A stretch of 20,000 nt of DNA from an uncultured virus (IMG/VR IMGVR_UViG_3300020256_000002) (Duplodnaviria; Heunggongvirae; Uroviricota; Caudoviricetes): positions 53,526-73,525 of IMG/VR virus record IMGVR_UViG_3300020256_000002; one strand, given 5' to 3'. Of this stretch, positions 1 through 9,706 are shown piece by piece (positions within the stretch are counted from its first letter, which is position 1; the number at the start of each line of letters is the position of its first letter). The notes under the pieces are model-generated. The model saw only the letters and a list, made by a program, of their open reading frames with translations, was not told the DNA's origin and made no database searches. A program made the position numbers and the translations under genes.

Positions 1-113
1 TGGTATTTGTTTAGGTGTAGACCGGTGACTAGTAATTTATACGGAGTATAATTACCTAGGAAAGGGAATCGTATGCCTTAAGAATAAAATAATATAAGTT
101 AGTAACTAACACA

Positions 114-140
114 CCCTGTCCTACAGACAGGGGTTTTATG
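114..140 (+). terminator. GC-rich stem-loop (CCCTGTC-CTACA-GACAGGG) followed by GTTTTATG; putative terminator and/or late-promoter module
   Basis: Perfect 7-bp inverted repeat 114-120/126-132, short T run, TATG at 137-140, upstream of the first structural gene. Confidence 0.6.
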
Positions 141-212
141 ACGACTAGTTAAGAAAGCTTTCCTATGTTATGCAATTGCATTAACACTAACCTTGCAAGG
201 AGTTATCCTAAA

Positions 213-1478
213 ATGAAACTACGTACTGGCGGTCTCGGATTAGAGGCTATCAAGGTACAACGTAAGGATGTGTTGTTTTTAGGTCTGGTAGGTAAAATCA
301 ATGAACTCCGTAAAGGTTCAGTGAACGCATCTACTCTGACTAAGTCGGGTATCGCGGACCTGATTGAGAAAGCGACGCAGCTAAACGTTAACTTGAAACT
401 AACACCTATTAATTGGTGCGCATTCGTTGGGGTGCCCCAGTTAGATAAGAACCATCCTTTGTTGGGTAAGTTCAAGAATGACTTTAGTGATGAGGACGCT
501 CTGAAACTATTGTCTAAAGGTTCCGACATCATTAAAGGTTGGGTTGACCTTGAAGAAGGAAAGGTGCACGGCGACTTCCGTAAAGTCGAATGTACTATCA
601 CTATTGCCGAAAATATGTTCGTCACCGATAAAATGTCGGATGAAGAACTGGCTGCCGTCATCATGCATGAAGTAGGACACCTGTTCTCTTATTTCGAGAT
701 GTTGGGAACCACGGTTACTACTAACTACGCAATCAACACTGCTGTGACTGCGCTTTTCAGCCCTGACCGTAAGGTAGACAAGGTTGAGATAGTAGATGCC
801 TATTCCAAACTTCGTGACGTAACGTTTGAAGAAAAGCAAAAGCTGCTGACCATGAATAGCAAAGAAGGCGTGGCTACTGTGATGTTACAGGCTGAAATTC
901 AAAAGTCTGTTTCTGAAAGCGGCGCTAGCATGTACGATGCCACAGGCTTTGAGTTCCTGTCTGACCAATTCGCTACTCGTCATGGCGGTGGTATGGCCTT
1001 GGTTACTGCATTGGATAAACTCCAGCGTTACAATCGTGACCCAGTCTATCGCAATGCTGCTGTCTTCTACAGTGTAGAAATGCTTAAAGCAGTAGGCTTC
1101 TTTACCGCAATCACTTTTGGTGGACCGGCTACTTGGCTTATGGGTATTCTCATTATGAGTAACAACCCTCATGAGTCAACGTATGACTTACCTCGTGACC
1201 GCATCGAACGCATCAAGCGTGACTTAGTTGAACAACTAAAAGACCGCAAGTTAGACGATGACACTCGTCAGGCACTAACTGATGACGTTGAAGCCATTGA
1301 GGCTATCATGTCTACCATGACCCAGCGTACCGGTATTGCACAACTGGTATGGGAAGTTTTGTCACCAACCACGCGCAAACAGTTGAGACAGAAAGACGCT
1401 CAACAGCAAATTGAAAAGTTGTTAACCAACGACATGTTTGTAACTGCCGCGAAGTTTAAAAATTTAGGAGCAGGCTAA
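213..1478 (+). CDS. Virion head protein with HExxH zinc-metallopeptidase (M48-like) motif; phiKZ gp84-like by synteny
   Basis: Long ORF. Start moved from 165 to ATG 213 because of the AAGGAG RBS at 197-202. Motifs: LAAVIMHEVGH, downstream EFLSDQFA (E-x-x-A/S-D), hydrophobic segment AVGFFTAITFGGPATWLMGILIM, N-terminal GLE|A cleavage-like motif. Confidence 0.8.
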   Translation: MKLRTGGLGLEAIKVQRKDVLFLGLVGKINELRKGSVNASTLTKSGIADLIEKATQLNVNLKLTPINWCAFVGVPQLDKNHPLLGKFKNDFSDEDALKLLSKGSDIIKGWVDLEEGKVHGDFRKVECTITIAENMFVTDKMSDEELAAVIMHEVGHLFSYFEMLGTTVTTNYAINTAVTALFSPDRKVDKVEIVDAYSKLRDVTFEEKQKLLTMNSKEGVATVMLQAEIQKSVSESGASMYDATGFEFLSDQFATRHGGGMALVTALDKLQRYNRDPVYRNAAVFYSVEMLKAVGFFTAITFGGPATWLMGILIMSNNPHESTYDLPRDRIERIKRDLVEQLKDRKLDDDTRQALTDDVEAIEAIMSTMTQRTGIAQLVWEVLSPTTRKQLRQKDAQQQIEKLLTNDMFVTAAKFKNLGAG

Positions 1479-1879
1479 TGTCTGATAAAATTAAAGAATT
1501 AGTAGCGCGTCTGCGCATGATGCGTAATATGATGGATGAACAACACATTCCGTTGGAAAAACGCGAAGCCATTAAAAACCGTATTGTCGGGGCCCTGGTT
1601 GCAGCACAACTACCCATCCCTTCATCTCCTATTGAAGGTAACCCTCGTCTGTACTTTACCAACTTCCAATTGGCCGATGCCAATGTATTCATCGGGGCTA
1701 TCAACGAGCACATCGTTTGTAACGTGGATGAAGTTGTGAAGTGTGTTTACGATGTATGGAAAGGTCGCTATGACTTGGTTCATCATCCACTGCAAGGTGT
1801 CATCGCTTCTCTGAATGCGGTATATCCAGAGCACCGTGACGACATCGATTTCGCCGCTATGGTAATTGGGGTACAGTAA
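1478..1879 (+). CDS. Small hypothetical virion protein (phiKZ gp85-like position)
   Basis: 133-aa ORF with AGGAG RBS at 1466-1470 and TAATG stop/start overlaps at both ends. Confidence 0.75.
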   Translation: MSDKIKELVARLRMMRNMMDEQHIPLEKREAIKNRIVGALVAAQLPIPSSPIEGNPRLYFTNFQLADANVFIGAINEHIVCNVDEVVKCVYDVWKGRYDLVHHPLQGVIASLNAVYPEHRDDIDFAAMVIGVQ

Positions 1880-3117
1880 TGTTGGAATTTCTTGAAGAAC
1901 TCGAAAGCTTAGAAGCTGAAGTCTCTCAAGAAGCCGCATTACTTATTGATGCACAGTCGGACATGTTCAGCGCCATGCAAATGGTTAAAGAACACAATGC
2001 AATAGACCGTGAAAATGCGATGGCCATTCTTCGGAATGTGCCGTCGTGTGAATCAATAAACCCTAACGAGTTTACGTTATTCCCTACAACCACTAAGATG
2101 TCTGTTGCCATTGAAGGGTTCTGGGAAGGTATTGCGAGCGGACTAGAGAAACTATTCGGCCTCATGTTCTCGCTTATCTTTGGCGTCTTGAAGTTATTGG
2201 TTAAACCAATTGAATGGTTGGTAGGTGGCGGTAAAGGCGATGGTGCCAACGCTACCGCAATCGATACACTGGACAAGCTTGAGAAAAGTGACAAACCTGA
2301 AAAGATAGAAGATGCGGACCGGGAAGTTCTTGATGAAACGGTAGACGAAGTTATTGACAAGAAAAAGCTCAACGAGTTTGAGTTTAAATCCATTGCCAAT
2401 GCTAACGTCGACATGTACAAGGACATCAACGATTACATTCGCAGGCTCTATACGGTTATGTGGAAATCAACCAGACGCTTCATTGAAGCCCATGGTAAGA
2501 TTGAAGGCGGGGATGCATTCTATCGTCTACATAAAGACTTGGATGCTATCAGTGTAGAAGCAGGAAAGGAAATAGCAGCAATTGCTGGGGATTTCTTGAA
2601 AGACCAAGCCAAGGTACTTGACCTAGGTTCTGTGTCATATGGCAACCTGACAGAAGCAACTGACGCCTTTGAAAGATTAACCACACGTGTACGGGAGTTA
2701 GAAGGTCGTGAGGTTGACCCTAAACTGGTAAAACAGCATTACCGGAATAAGGTTAACAAACTCCGTAGTTATATCAATCAGTTACATTCGGATATGAATT
2801 TCGATAAGAGTGACCGTGAGTTACTCAAAGAAACTGATAACTACACCAGTCAGTTCAATACTTTGCAAGACAAACTTGAGCAGATGGAGAGTCGCGACAA
2901 GGCTGACTCTAGCTTGACCTCAGATGATATCAATGCAGTTCGAGACACAGTAAATAACCAGCTTACGTTAATTCGTGCGGCCAATGCTTTTGTCAAGAAT
3001 ATGTTTATGGTTTCCATCAAAGGGAAGCGTGGGTTCTTTAAAGGTATTAAAATTACCGATGAACTTACCGAAGCAGCGTTTGCTAAAATCAGACGCATGA
3101 CCGGCAAAGCGAAATAA
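1879..3117 (+). CDS. Internal head protein with acidic propeptide (phiKZ gp86-like position)
   Basis: 412-aa ORF coupled by TAATG. Acidic N-terminus with SLE, SCE, AIE|G motifs, followed by a hydrophobic/amphipathic helix (GFWEGIASGLEKLFGLMFSLIFGVLKLLVKPIEWLV), then helical/coiled-coil sequence. Confidence 0.75.
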   Translation: MLEFLEELESLEAEVSQEAALLIDAQSDMFSAMQMVKEHNAIDRENAMAILRNVPSCESINPNEFTLFPTTTKMSVAIEGFWEGIASGLEKLFGLMFSLIFGVLKLLVKPIEWLVGGGKGDGANATAIDTLDKLEKSDKPEKIEDADREVLDETVDEVIDKKKLNEFEFKSIANANVDMYKDINDYIRRLYTVMWKSTRRFIEAHGKIEGGDAFYRLHKDLDAISVEAGKEIAAIAGDFLKDQAKVLDLGSVSYGNLTEATDAFERLTTRVRELEGREVDPKLVKQHYRNKVNKLRSYINQLHSDMNFDKSDRELLKETDNYTSQFNTLQDKLEQMESRDKADSSLTSDDINAVRDTVNNQLTLIRAANAFVKNMFMVSIKGKRGFFKGIKITDELTEAAFAKIRRMTGKAK

Positions 3118-3121
3118 GACA

Positions 3122-3149
3122 GGGGAGTCCTAGTGGACTCCCCCTTATG
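3122..3149. terminator. Stem-loop between convergent genes (GGGGAGTCC-TAGT-GGACTCCCC) followed by TATG
   Basis: 9-bp perfect stem 3122-3130/3135-3143 in the 37-bp gap between convergent stop codons. Confidence 0.75.
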
Positions 3150-3154
3150 CCGTC

Positions 3155-6064
3155 TTAGTCTGTATGTCTAATGAATTTAATGTCCAAATCATCGACCAGT
3201 GCAATGGCACCATCCGGTTGACGCTCTAAGACTTTAGCTAGGCTACAACCTACTGAGTCGTTGTCCACTACAAATGCATCCAATGTAGAGTCATCGTTGA
3301 ACGAGTGCACCTTAATGGTCACCACGTCATCACTGACAACTTTACGGAGCTTATCGTGAATAGAACCCGTTGAGATTTTAGACTTAGCCAATTCATTAAT
3401 GACCACCTCTTTTACCGAAGCGTTGAGGCTCTTACGAATTGCAGCGTTTGAGTACGCATTAAAGCTAACGTACAAATCAACACGAACACTAATGCCAGCA
3501 CTGATTTGTTTTGGCTCACCTTGTACTGAGTACACGGTAATGGTCCCACTGTTTGCTTTAGGTGAGAACATCAGGTCAGTACGAGCCAGAAGCTTACCAC
3601 TGATGTCACCAATGTCTGTTTGTACCCAATCTACAATACTTTCAGCCACAGTACGAACGTATGCATTAGTTCCTGTTTCTGTAGAGTAACGATAACGACC
3701 ATCAAACAGAATTTGTTCAATGAAGTACGTCTCACTGCTCCCACCAACAGGAATACGTTCACCGTGCTCGTCCAGCTTGTAATCCCCTTGGCGGAATTGG
3801 TAAACCGGTCCACCAGTTTCCGAATCCATGACAGGGTCACCTTTAGAGTGAAGTAAGATACCTTCAAACTGCCCATCCACCTCAACTAACTTGATAAAGC
3901 CGGAATCGGGCTCACGTTCGTAAATGTCCTCACTGTAAAGCATTGGTACGTCACGGTCCCACACTTCGTAATTAGGCTCGTTAATCGATACCCGTGAACG
4001 GTTGATTAATCCATCCATGCTTTCGAACAAACGTAGGTTAGCCGTTTCATGCGTAATTACGATTGCGTCTTCAGCAGCAAATGGCGTACCCAGAAGGTTG
4101 TGTAGGTCGTCTCGCTTGTCGGTAGATAAACCAACGTCAGTTACGTAATGGATAAAGTCAAACTCCGTATCAGGCTCAATGGGGTAGAGTAAAGTATCAT
4201 CAATCACCGCATTGAAGTTAGTGGCAAAGAGTTTGTGACCTTTGTGGATTTCAAACTTCGTGTTGATGGGGAAACGGAATATTAAGTTACCGTCTACATC
4301 ACGACCGTAGTTGACACCCTCCACGTAAGTACGTTGCTCCTGACCACCCGGACGGAACGCTAACTGCAAACCAACTTTAGACGGATGCAGTTTTTCATGT
4401 CCTACCGAACCTTTTACGGTTACTGCTAATTCATAGCCATCGAATGTACGGTATAGCGACATTGCACTTAAGGTAGCTTTATAATCCACTTTACTGTTAG
4501 CTGCACCGAAGTAACGATTGTTCACCGTTGGGTTATCGATGTAGTAGTTGTTGTAACTAAAGACATCGTCGTTAGTGTCTAAAACGGTAAGGTACGGACT
4601 GAAGAAATAACTTTCTTGTTCCAGTAAAGAGATTAGCACATCGCCACTTGCCTGCTCCAACGCTTCCCGCTCAAGGTCACTCACAAAACTGATACCCACA
4701 CCATTTCGTTTATACAACGTGTTAGGCATGATGCTCCAAATCTTGTTAGCGTAGTAGGCAGTCGACAACGTCTGTAAAAGCTCTGACCAGACCTTTATTG
4801 ACTCAACAGTAGTGCCAATGGGGCTAGAGCTTAAACCACGCTCAGGAGCCGGTACAGTGCGAGATGCGAGGAATGTACGGTCAGTTATGTTATCCACCAC
4901 GCTCAGTACATCATAACCACGGTCTTTCAGCGTATTGGTCAAGTCAAATTCAGTGACCGGTGCTGGTTTGTAAGTGGAGTTACGAACCGTACGGTCTTGC
5001 AACTCCTCAAACGACAGACCATTACTACCACCCTTAGTTACAGAACTACCGGCAATTGCCATTTGGGTAATCTGAGACAGAGGGGCAGTGTAGCGACCAT
5101 TGTCCGTGTTGTTTAAATCTATCCACTTACTTTGGACGGCAGTATATGGGTACTCGCTGAGCGACAGCGAGATATTACCTTTAGTGGTGTAGACATCAAT
5201 GCGAACTTCTGCACCGATTAATCCCTTGTTGAAATAAATCTCAGGAATCTTAACACGCAACGTGCCGTCGGCCAGTTTCAATGTGGCCGTAGGGATACCA
5301 TTGTCGTATACGCGACCAGAGTGAGTAGTAACCATCTCTTCCCAATCGCCACCAGTGTGGCGATGAAACACTCTGCAGTAATATAAGTAATCGCGAATGG
5401 TCTTAGTCGTACTAAAGCCACTTGCGCTTGACACGGTGGCTACGGACGATTCTACGCTATACTGCAAACCCGGCACTTGGAACATTAACATCTCACTACC
5501 TTGGTGTCTGTGTAGACGGTAGTCGATAACGTTAGTCTCCAGTGCCATGAACGGTGACTGTTCACTTGTATCGTAAAGAATGCTAATCGATTCAGCCCCA
5601 GAGAAAATAATTTCAATGGGGTATACGAAACTGAAGTTTGCACCAGCCACGGTGACACGGGATTCACGTGGAATAACTAACTTAGTGTTGTTAGTTCCCG
5701 GAACAGTCTTCGCAAGACTACGTAACTCCGCCACGTTAAATGCAAACGTGAAGAGGTCACGACTTGGACTACCCCATACACCAACATATTCCAAATCGGA
5801 AATATGCCCATACAAGTCATCTTCGGTACTTACCAGTTTAGGATAAGTACGACGGGTTAGACTTTCACACTCACTGATGGAATCGGCTGCCATAACCGCT
5901 GCGGACTCTAGTAGTAGAGTAAAGGGGTTAGTGGGGTCAATGACATTCAGTGTACCCTTTGAAGCTTTATCAAGAAGCTTGTATACGGAACGTTGGACGG
6001 CGTTGGGATTTCGTCGGAACTTATCAAGGTCGTCCTGCAATTCACTAACTTGGATATTATCCAT
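3155..6064 (-). CDS. Large baseplate wedge-like structural protein (baseplate J / T4 gp6-like; phiKZ gp87-like)
   Basis: 969-aa ORF with AGGA RBS upstream. DPTNPFTLLLE near the N-terminus and TKGGSNGLSFEELQDR...PVTEFDL resemble the baseplate-J GG.D.ES.EELR.R...VT..DY signature. Inverted orientation matches phiKZ-like gene order as I recall it. Confidence 0.7.
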   Translation of the reverse strand: MDNIQVSELQDDLDKFRRNPNAVQRSVYKLLDKASKGTLNVIDPTNPFTLLLESAAVMAADSISECESLTRRTYPKLVSTEDDLYGHISDLEYVGVWGSPSRDLFTFAFNVAELRSLAKTVPGTNNTKLVIPRESRVTVAGANFSFVYPIEIIFSGAESISILYDTSEQSPFMALETNVIDYRLHRHQGSEMLMFQVPGLQYSVESSVATVSSASGFSTTKTIRDYLYYCRVFHRHTGGDWEEMVTTHSGRVYDNGIPTATLKLADGTLRVKIPEIYFNKGLIGAEVRIDVYTTKGNISLSLSEYPYTAVQSKWIDLNNTDNGRYTAPLSQITQMAIAGSSVTKGGSNGLSFEELQDRTVRNSTYKPAPVTEFDLTNTLKDRGYDVLSVVDNITDRTFLASRTVPAPERGLSSSPIGTTVESIKVWSELLQTLSTAYYANKIWSIMPNTLYKRNGVGISFVSDLEREALEQASGDVLISLLEQESYFFSPYLTVLDTNDDVFSYNNYYIDNPTVNNRYFGAANSKVDYKATLSAMSLYRTFDGYELAVTVKGSVGHEKLHPSKVGLQLAFRPGGQEQRTYVEGVNYGRDVDGNLIFRFPINTKFEIHKGHKLFATNFNAVIDDTLLYPIEPDTEFDFIHYVTDVGLSTDKRDDLHNLLGTPFAAEDAIVITHETANLRLFESMDGLINRSRVSINEPNYEVWDRDVPMLYSEDIYEREPDSGFIKLVEVDGQFEGILLHSKGDPVMDSETGGPVYQFRQGDYKLDEHGERIPVGGSSETYFIEQILFDGRYRYSTETGTNAYVRTVAESIVDWVQTDIGDISGKLLARTDLMFSPKANSGTITVYSVQGEPKQISAGISVRVDLYVSFNAYSNAAIRKSLNASVKEVVINELAKSKISTGSIHDKLRKVVSDDVVTIKVHSFNDDSTLDAFVVDNDSVGCSLAKVLERQPDGAIALVDDLDIKFIRHTD

Positions 6065-6076
6065 TACTGAATCCTC

Positions 6077-7171
6077 TTATTTAATATACTGTTCTGGTCT
6101 GAACTGTTTTAGTTCAGCGGCTGATTCAAGGTAAAGGTGCTTGTTAACCCACCACTCTAACTCCATGTTACCATCCTCACTGATGCGTGGGTAAGAACGG
6201 AAGTTAAAGTAGTCCTTTTCCTCGTCTCGTAATTTAACCATTTGCGTATCGCGGAAACGGTTAGACATACTAGGGTTAAACTCTGCAACCAAGGAATTGA
6301 ACTCAATAACCAGAATGGGGTCATTGTAAATCCACCCGCTACATTTAAACGGGACAGATATTTCTTGGTTATCCTGAATCAACGGTTGGGACGAGTCGAA
6401 GTTGAACGCAGCGCCCAATGGGTTTACGTAAGGTGCCCCGTAGCCACAGGCTGCAATCTTCGTAATGTACTTACGACGCTGGTCTAATACCAAACGGTAT
6501 ATGCGAGTATCGTAGTCTTTTTCATTTTCGGCAATACACTCTGGCCACGGTAACATACTACCCTCTGACACCCGTGAAGCATACTGCGTCCAAATATGCA
6601 TCAGTAGACTGATTGGGTCACCAGACATATTTCGGAAGTTTGCGGTAATGTCGTTGGTGCTGTAATCCATTGGGAGTGAATCAATCATACTCCACGATTC
6701 ATTAGCAAGACCGTTAGGCGAGGTATGTGTATCCATTACCGAATCTGGCCAGCCACTCATGCTAATTAATAAGTTAGAGAGTAATGGGATGAACGGGTTT
6801 TGTGGGTCGACCATAGGACACTGTATTGGTCTTATGTGCGATTTTTCCACCCCCTTATGAGAGACTGGGTCTAGTATACACCGTATTGCACGAGGTAGTG
6901 TTAGGGGGTCTCCGGTGAGCAAAGGTGCAAAGTTACGTACCCCAGCAATATTATCATATGACAAATTTAGTCTAGGGCGGGTAAAAAACGTTAACCCGTG
7001 GTTATCGCTATTCGGTTTAACCTGAACACCAATGTTCCGATGGTTGAAGCCGTAAAACGCATTAGTCGCCGCCTTGGTGAGTTCCCCTCTGGAACTCCCA
7101 GCCTTTGATACGGCATCGCGCACAGCCGACTGGTTTCGGTAACCGAGGTCGTCGTATTTATTATCAGACAT
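6077..7171 (-). CDS. Virion structural protein, probably baseplate/tail-tube-fold (phiKZ gp88-like)
   Basis: ORF track starts at TTG 7177; ATG at 7171 lies 10 nt from the AGGAG RBS (7182-7186 on minus). GLTFFTRPRLNL and SGWPD motifs. Co-oriented with the wedge gene. Confidence 0.7.
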   Translation of the reverse strand: MSDNKYDDLGYRNQSAVRDAVSKAGSSRGELTKAATNAFYGFNHRNIGVQVKPNSDNHGLTFFTRPRLNLSYDNIAGVRNFAPLLTGDPLTLPRAIRCILDPVSHKGVEKSHIRPIQCPMVDPQNPFIPLLSNLLISMSGWPDSVMDTHTSPNGLANESWSMIDSLPMDYSTNDITANFRNMSGDPISLLMHIWTQYASRVSEGSMLPWPECIAENEKDYDTRIYRLVLDQRRKYITKIAACGYGAPYVNPLGAAFNFDSSQPLIQDNQEISVPFKCSGWIYNDPILVIEFNSLVAEFNPSMSNRFRDTQMVKLRDEEKDYFNFRSYPRISEDGNMELEWWVNKHLYLESAAELKQFRPEQYIK

Positions 7172-7200
7172 TTTCAACTAACTCCTAGGGGAAAACCAAC

Positions 7201-8265
7201 ATGTATAAGGAAAGTGTAGATACTACCCTTTCGGTCGTAGGGCGTGTATCTGACCTGATGCGAAGTGCTACTTCAGAATCGCTAATCGAGTATACTAAAG
7301 ATACTCGTGTTGAGCCGGTAGTCATCTTAGACCAAACTCTTCGTCAGCAACCATACATCACCGATGCTTTACACTCTTTGGTAAGCATCTTCTCAGGCTA
7401 CTATCTACAAGCTGTGAGCATTTCTACTAATGTCGGCAGCATCGACGTAACTAAGTTACTCGATAAGTTAAGCACTGAGCGTTCTCCAGTTAAGTCTGCC
7501 TTAGGCAACTTTTTATCTATGGAGTCATATGATGTTGGCCTACCGACGATATCAATGGAAGCACGTGGTAACCGAAGAGGTGAATCCAGTGCCCAAACCG
7601 ATTCTGGTGCACATGCTAAATTAGCAGATGCATCGAACTTATCAGTAGGCAAAATGCTGAAAGTTCAGATTAAAGAAAATGGCCATGAAGCTGATATTGA
7701 TGTGTCCATCCGCTTACGTGTTAAGAGCACGGGTTCGGACGCGATTACTAAGCTTATGGCCGGAAAGGCGAAAGACACCGGTGCCCGTATGCGTTACTTG
7801 CAATGGGATGCTCGTGAACTTTCGTTCTGGCATGATATTGTTCTCTGCAGCGACCTCATTGATGCGAATAAGAAAGCAATGTTGCAGGACAAGGACGGTA
7901 CGATTGCAACGCTAGCCAATCGCCGTACTAAGAATCGCATTGCCGGTATTTTCTCCGGTGAGCCTTCGGTGAACAATGCCTCTGCCATGGTCGTTATGAG
8001 CGAAGCAACTCGTCGCCAAGTTGAAAAAGACTTAGGTGGTAAGTTGAAACGTTTTAAGGACCGTGAGCGTATGTTCGAAAACACTCTGACAATGATTGTA
8101 ATGGTCATTGACACTGAGTGGGAACAACTCACTATCTACCATCGTGGTATTGAAGAACCAACCGAACTTGCCGTAAAAGAACTCAAGTCATTGAACAGGG
8201 GTACTGGTCCGGATGTTGGTGAAATTCTGAAAGCTTATCAGCTTGGTAATTCCCCACAATTCTAA
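7201..8265 (+). CDS. Head/inner-body protein (phiKZ gp89-like)
   Basis: 354-aa ORF with AGGGG RBS at 7187-7191. SME|S and SME|A prohead-protease-type motifs near residues 105-121. Synteny. Confidence 0.7.
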   Translation: MYKESVDTTLSVVGRVSDLMRSATSESLIEYTKDTRVEPVVILDQTLRQQPYITDALHSLVSIFSGYYLQAVSISTNVGSIDVTKLLDKLSTERSPVKSALGNFLSMESYDVGLPTISMEARGNRRGESSAQTDSGAHAKLADASNLSVGKMLKVQIKENGHEADIDVSIRLRVKSTGSDAITKLMAGKAKDTGARMRYLQWDARELSFWHDIVLCSDLIDANKKAMLQDKDGTIATLANRRTKNRIAGIFSGEPSVNNASAMVVMSEATRRQVEKDLGGKLKRFKDRERMFENTLTMIVMVIDTEWEQLTIYHRGIEEPTELAVKELKSLNRGTGPDVGEILKAYQLGNSPQF

Positions 8266-8277
8266 ATTGGAGTAAAC

Positions 8278-9162
8278 ATGAAAGTCGAAAATTATCTTCG
8301 CTCAATGTTGCCCTCTATGGAAAAGGTGTCTATCAAAGAAGACCTGCGTAATCTTAAAGAGGAATTGGACGGTAAGTCCATTCCTCCTTTTGTAAGTGCG
8401 TCAGAGTTCTTTAGTAAGGACTACACCTTTAAGTCGAGAGACGTTCAAGAGCTGCAAAAAATTGTAGACCGTAGAGTGGACCATAAAGCTAAGAACCTTG
8501 TTCTACTTACTCGAGCCGCATTAGAGCAGAGCACTGCGAACGTCAATTCCATTATTGACTTAGTAGAGAAGCATTACTCCAATGACGTGGTTCGCGACGG
8601 TATGACCTACCTGAAAGTAAACATCAACCAATACATCGAGTCCATGAGCTTCATGTCCATGTACGCTCGTCGTTTACTGTTGGTGGTTTACGGTCTGGAA
8701 GCTATGGGTTCAAGTGAAGCTGCGGACAAAGCATTGTCTCGTGACCTGAACTGGGTTCGTAAGCGCTTTAACGATTTCTTGGTTTGTGTTAAGGCAAACC
8801 TGAAGAACGACAAAGTTCTGAAAAAGGAATTGGAAGCCATTCCAGATATGCAGGTTAAACCTGAGTCAGCTGCGGCAGTTCGTGAAACGGTTGGACTGGA
8901 CAAGATTGACCCTAACAGCTTTGGGTTAATCAGTGCTCGTCTGAATCCTATCTACCATATCCGTATGGCTTGGACTAAGTGGCAGGTGCATCGTTTACGT
9001 CAGGCTGAAGAAGAGAAAGAACTTCTTGAATTTAAACTGGTCTACCTACGTAATGAACGTAGCGGTAAGAAAGATGCGAAGCTTGAAGAAGTTATTGAGC
9101 GTTACGAAGCTCGTGTTCAAAAGCTTCAGTACAAAACTCAGGAGATGCTAGAAGATGAGTAA
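8278..9162 (+). CDS. Head/inner-body protein (phiKZ gp90-like)
   Basis: 294-aa helical ORF with GGAG RBS at 8269-8272. LNPIYHIRM motif followed by a C-terminal coiled coil. Synteny. Confidence 0.7.
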   Translation: MKVENYLRSMLPSMEKVSIKEDLRNLKEELDGKSIPPFVSASEFFSKDYTFKSRDVQELQKIVDRRVDHKAKNLVLLTRAALEQSTANVNSIIDLVEKHYSNDVVRDGMTYLKVNINQYIESMSFMSMYARRLLLVVYGLEAMGSSEAADKALSRDLNWVRKRFNDFLVCVKANLKNDKVLKKELEAIPDMQVKPESAAAVRETVGLDKIDPNSFGLISARLNPIYHIRMAWTKWQVHRLRQAEEEKELLEFKLVYLRNERSGKKDAKLEEVIERYEARVQKLQYKTQEMLEDE

Positions 9163-9694
9163 ACCAGTAGCAAGCCCATTCGGCTTCTGCTTTGGTCAAC
9201 CATCGGCGGGTAAGAAATTGCCCGTCCTAGCTGTCCCTGAAGTAGAAGCTCTCGCACTTGAGTACCGTACTTGTACTCGCAAACAGGTTTCTATGGACTT
9301 CCTCGGGCGAATGGTGCATACGGCTAAGATTCTTCTTGGTCCTAATCCCATTAGTCATTTGTCTTCCTTATATGAACGACGTGCTCTTGTTAGTGAATCT
9401 GACTATAATTATGATTTCCTTCAAGATACCGTCAAATTCATTGAGACGGGACACCGGACTATGGGTATTTCCACCATTAGTCAATTGATGGATTTCCTTG
9501 GAGAAGATGAGAAATTCGAATTCCATCCTCTCAAATATTTACCCCCGATTAATCCGACACGTATGGAACGCACGTCACAACCGTGTGAGTCCGTATACAC
9601 TCGCTGGTTACAACAACCAAACGGTGTGAACGATATGTTATGTACGTTAATCGTTTTATTCGGTAAACACAACCAACTTTGTTGCAACAAATAG
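9155..9694 (+). CDS. Hypothetical virion protein (phiKZ gp91/92-like position)
   Basis: 179-aa ORF overlapping the upstream stop (ATGAGTAA) within the head operon. Confidence 0.7.
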   Translation: MSKPVASPFGFCFGQPSAGKKLPVLAVPEVEALALEYRTCTRKQVSMDFLGRMVHTAKILLGPNPISHLSSLYERRALVSESDYNYDFLQDTVKFIETGHRTMGISTISQLMDFLGEDEKFEFHPLKYLPPINPTRMERTSQPCESVYTRWLQQPNGVNDMLCTLIVLFGKHNQLCCNK

Positions 9695-9706
9695 GAAAAA
9701 GTTAAA

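Noticed and set aside
165..212. N-terminal extension of ORF1 from ATG 165
   Set aside because: No RBS before 165; AAGGAG precedes ATG 213.
203..2429. Minus-strand ORFs of 85-167 aa opposite the first three genes
   Set aside because: Ser-rich antisense shadows of coupled sense genes that have good RBSs.
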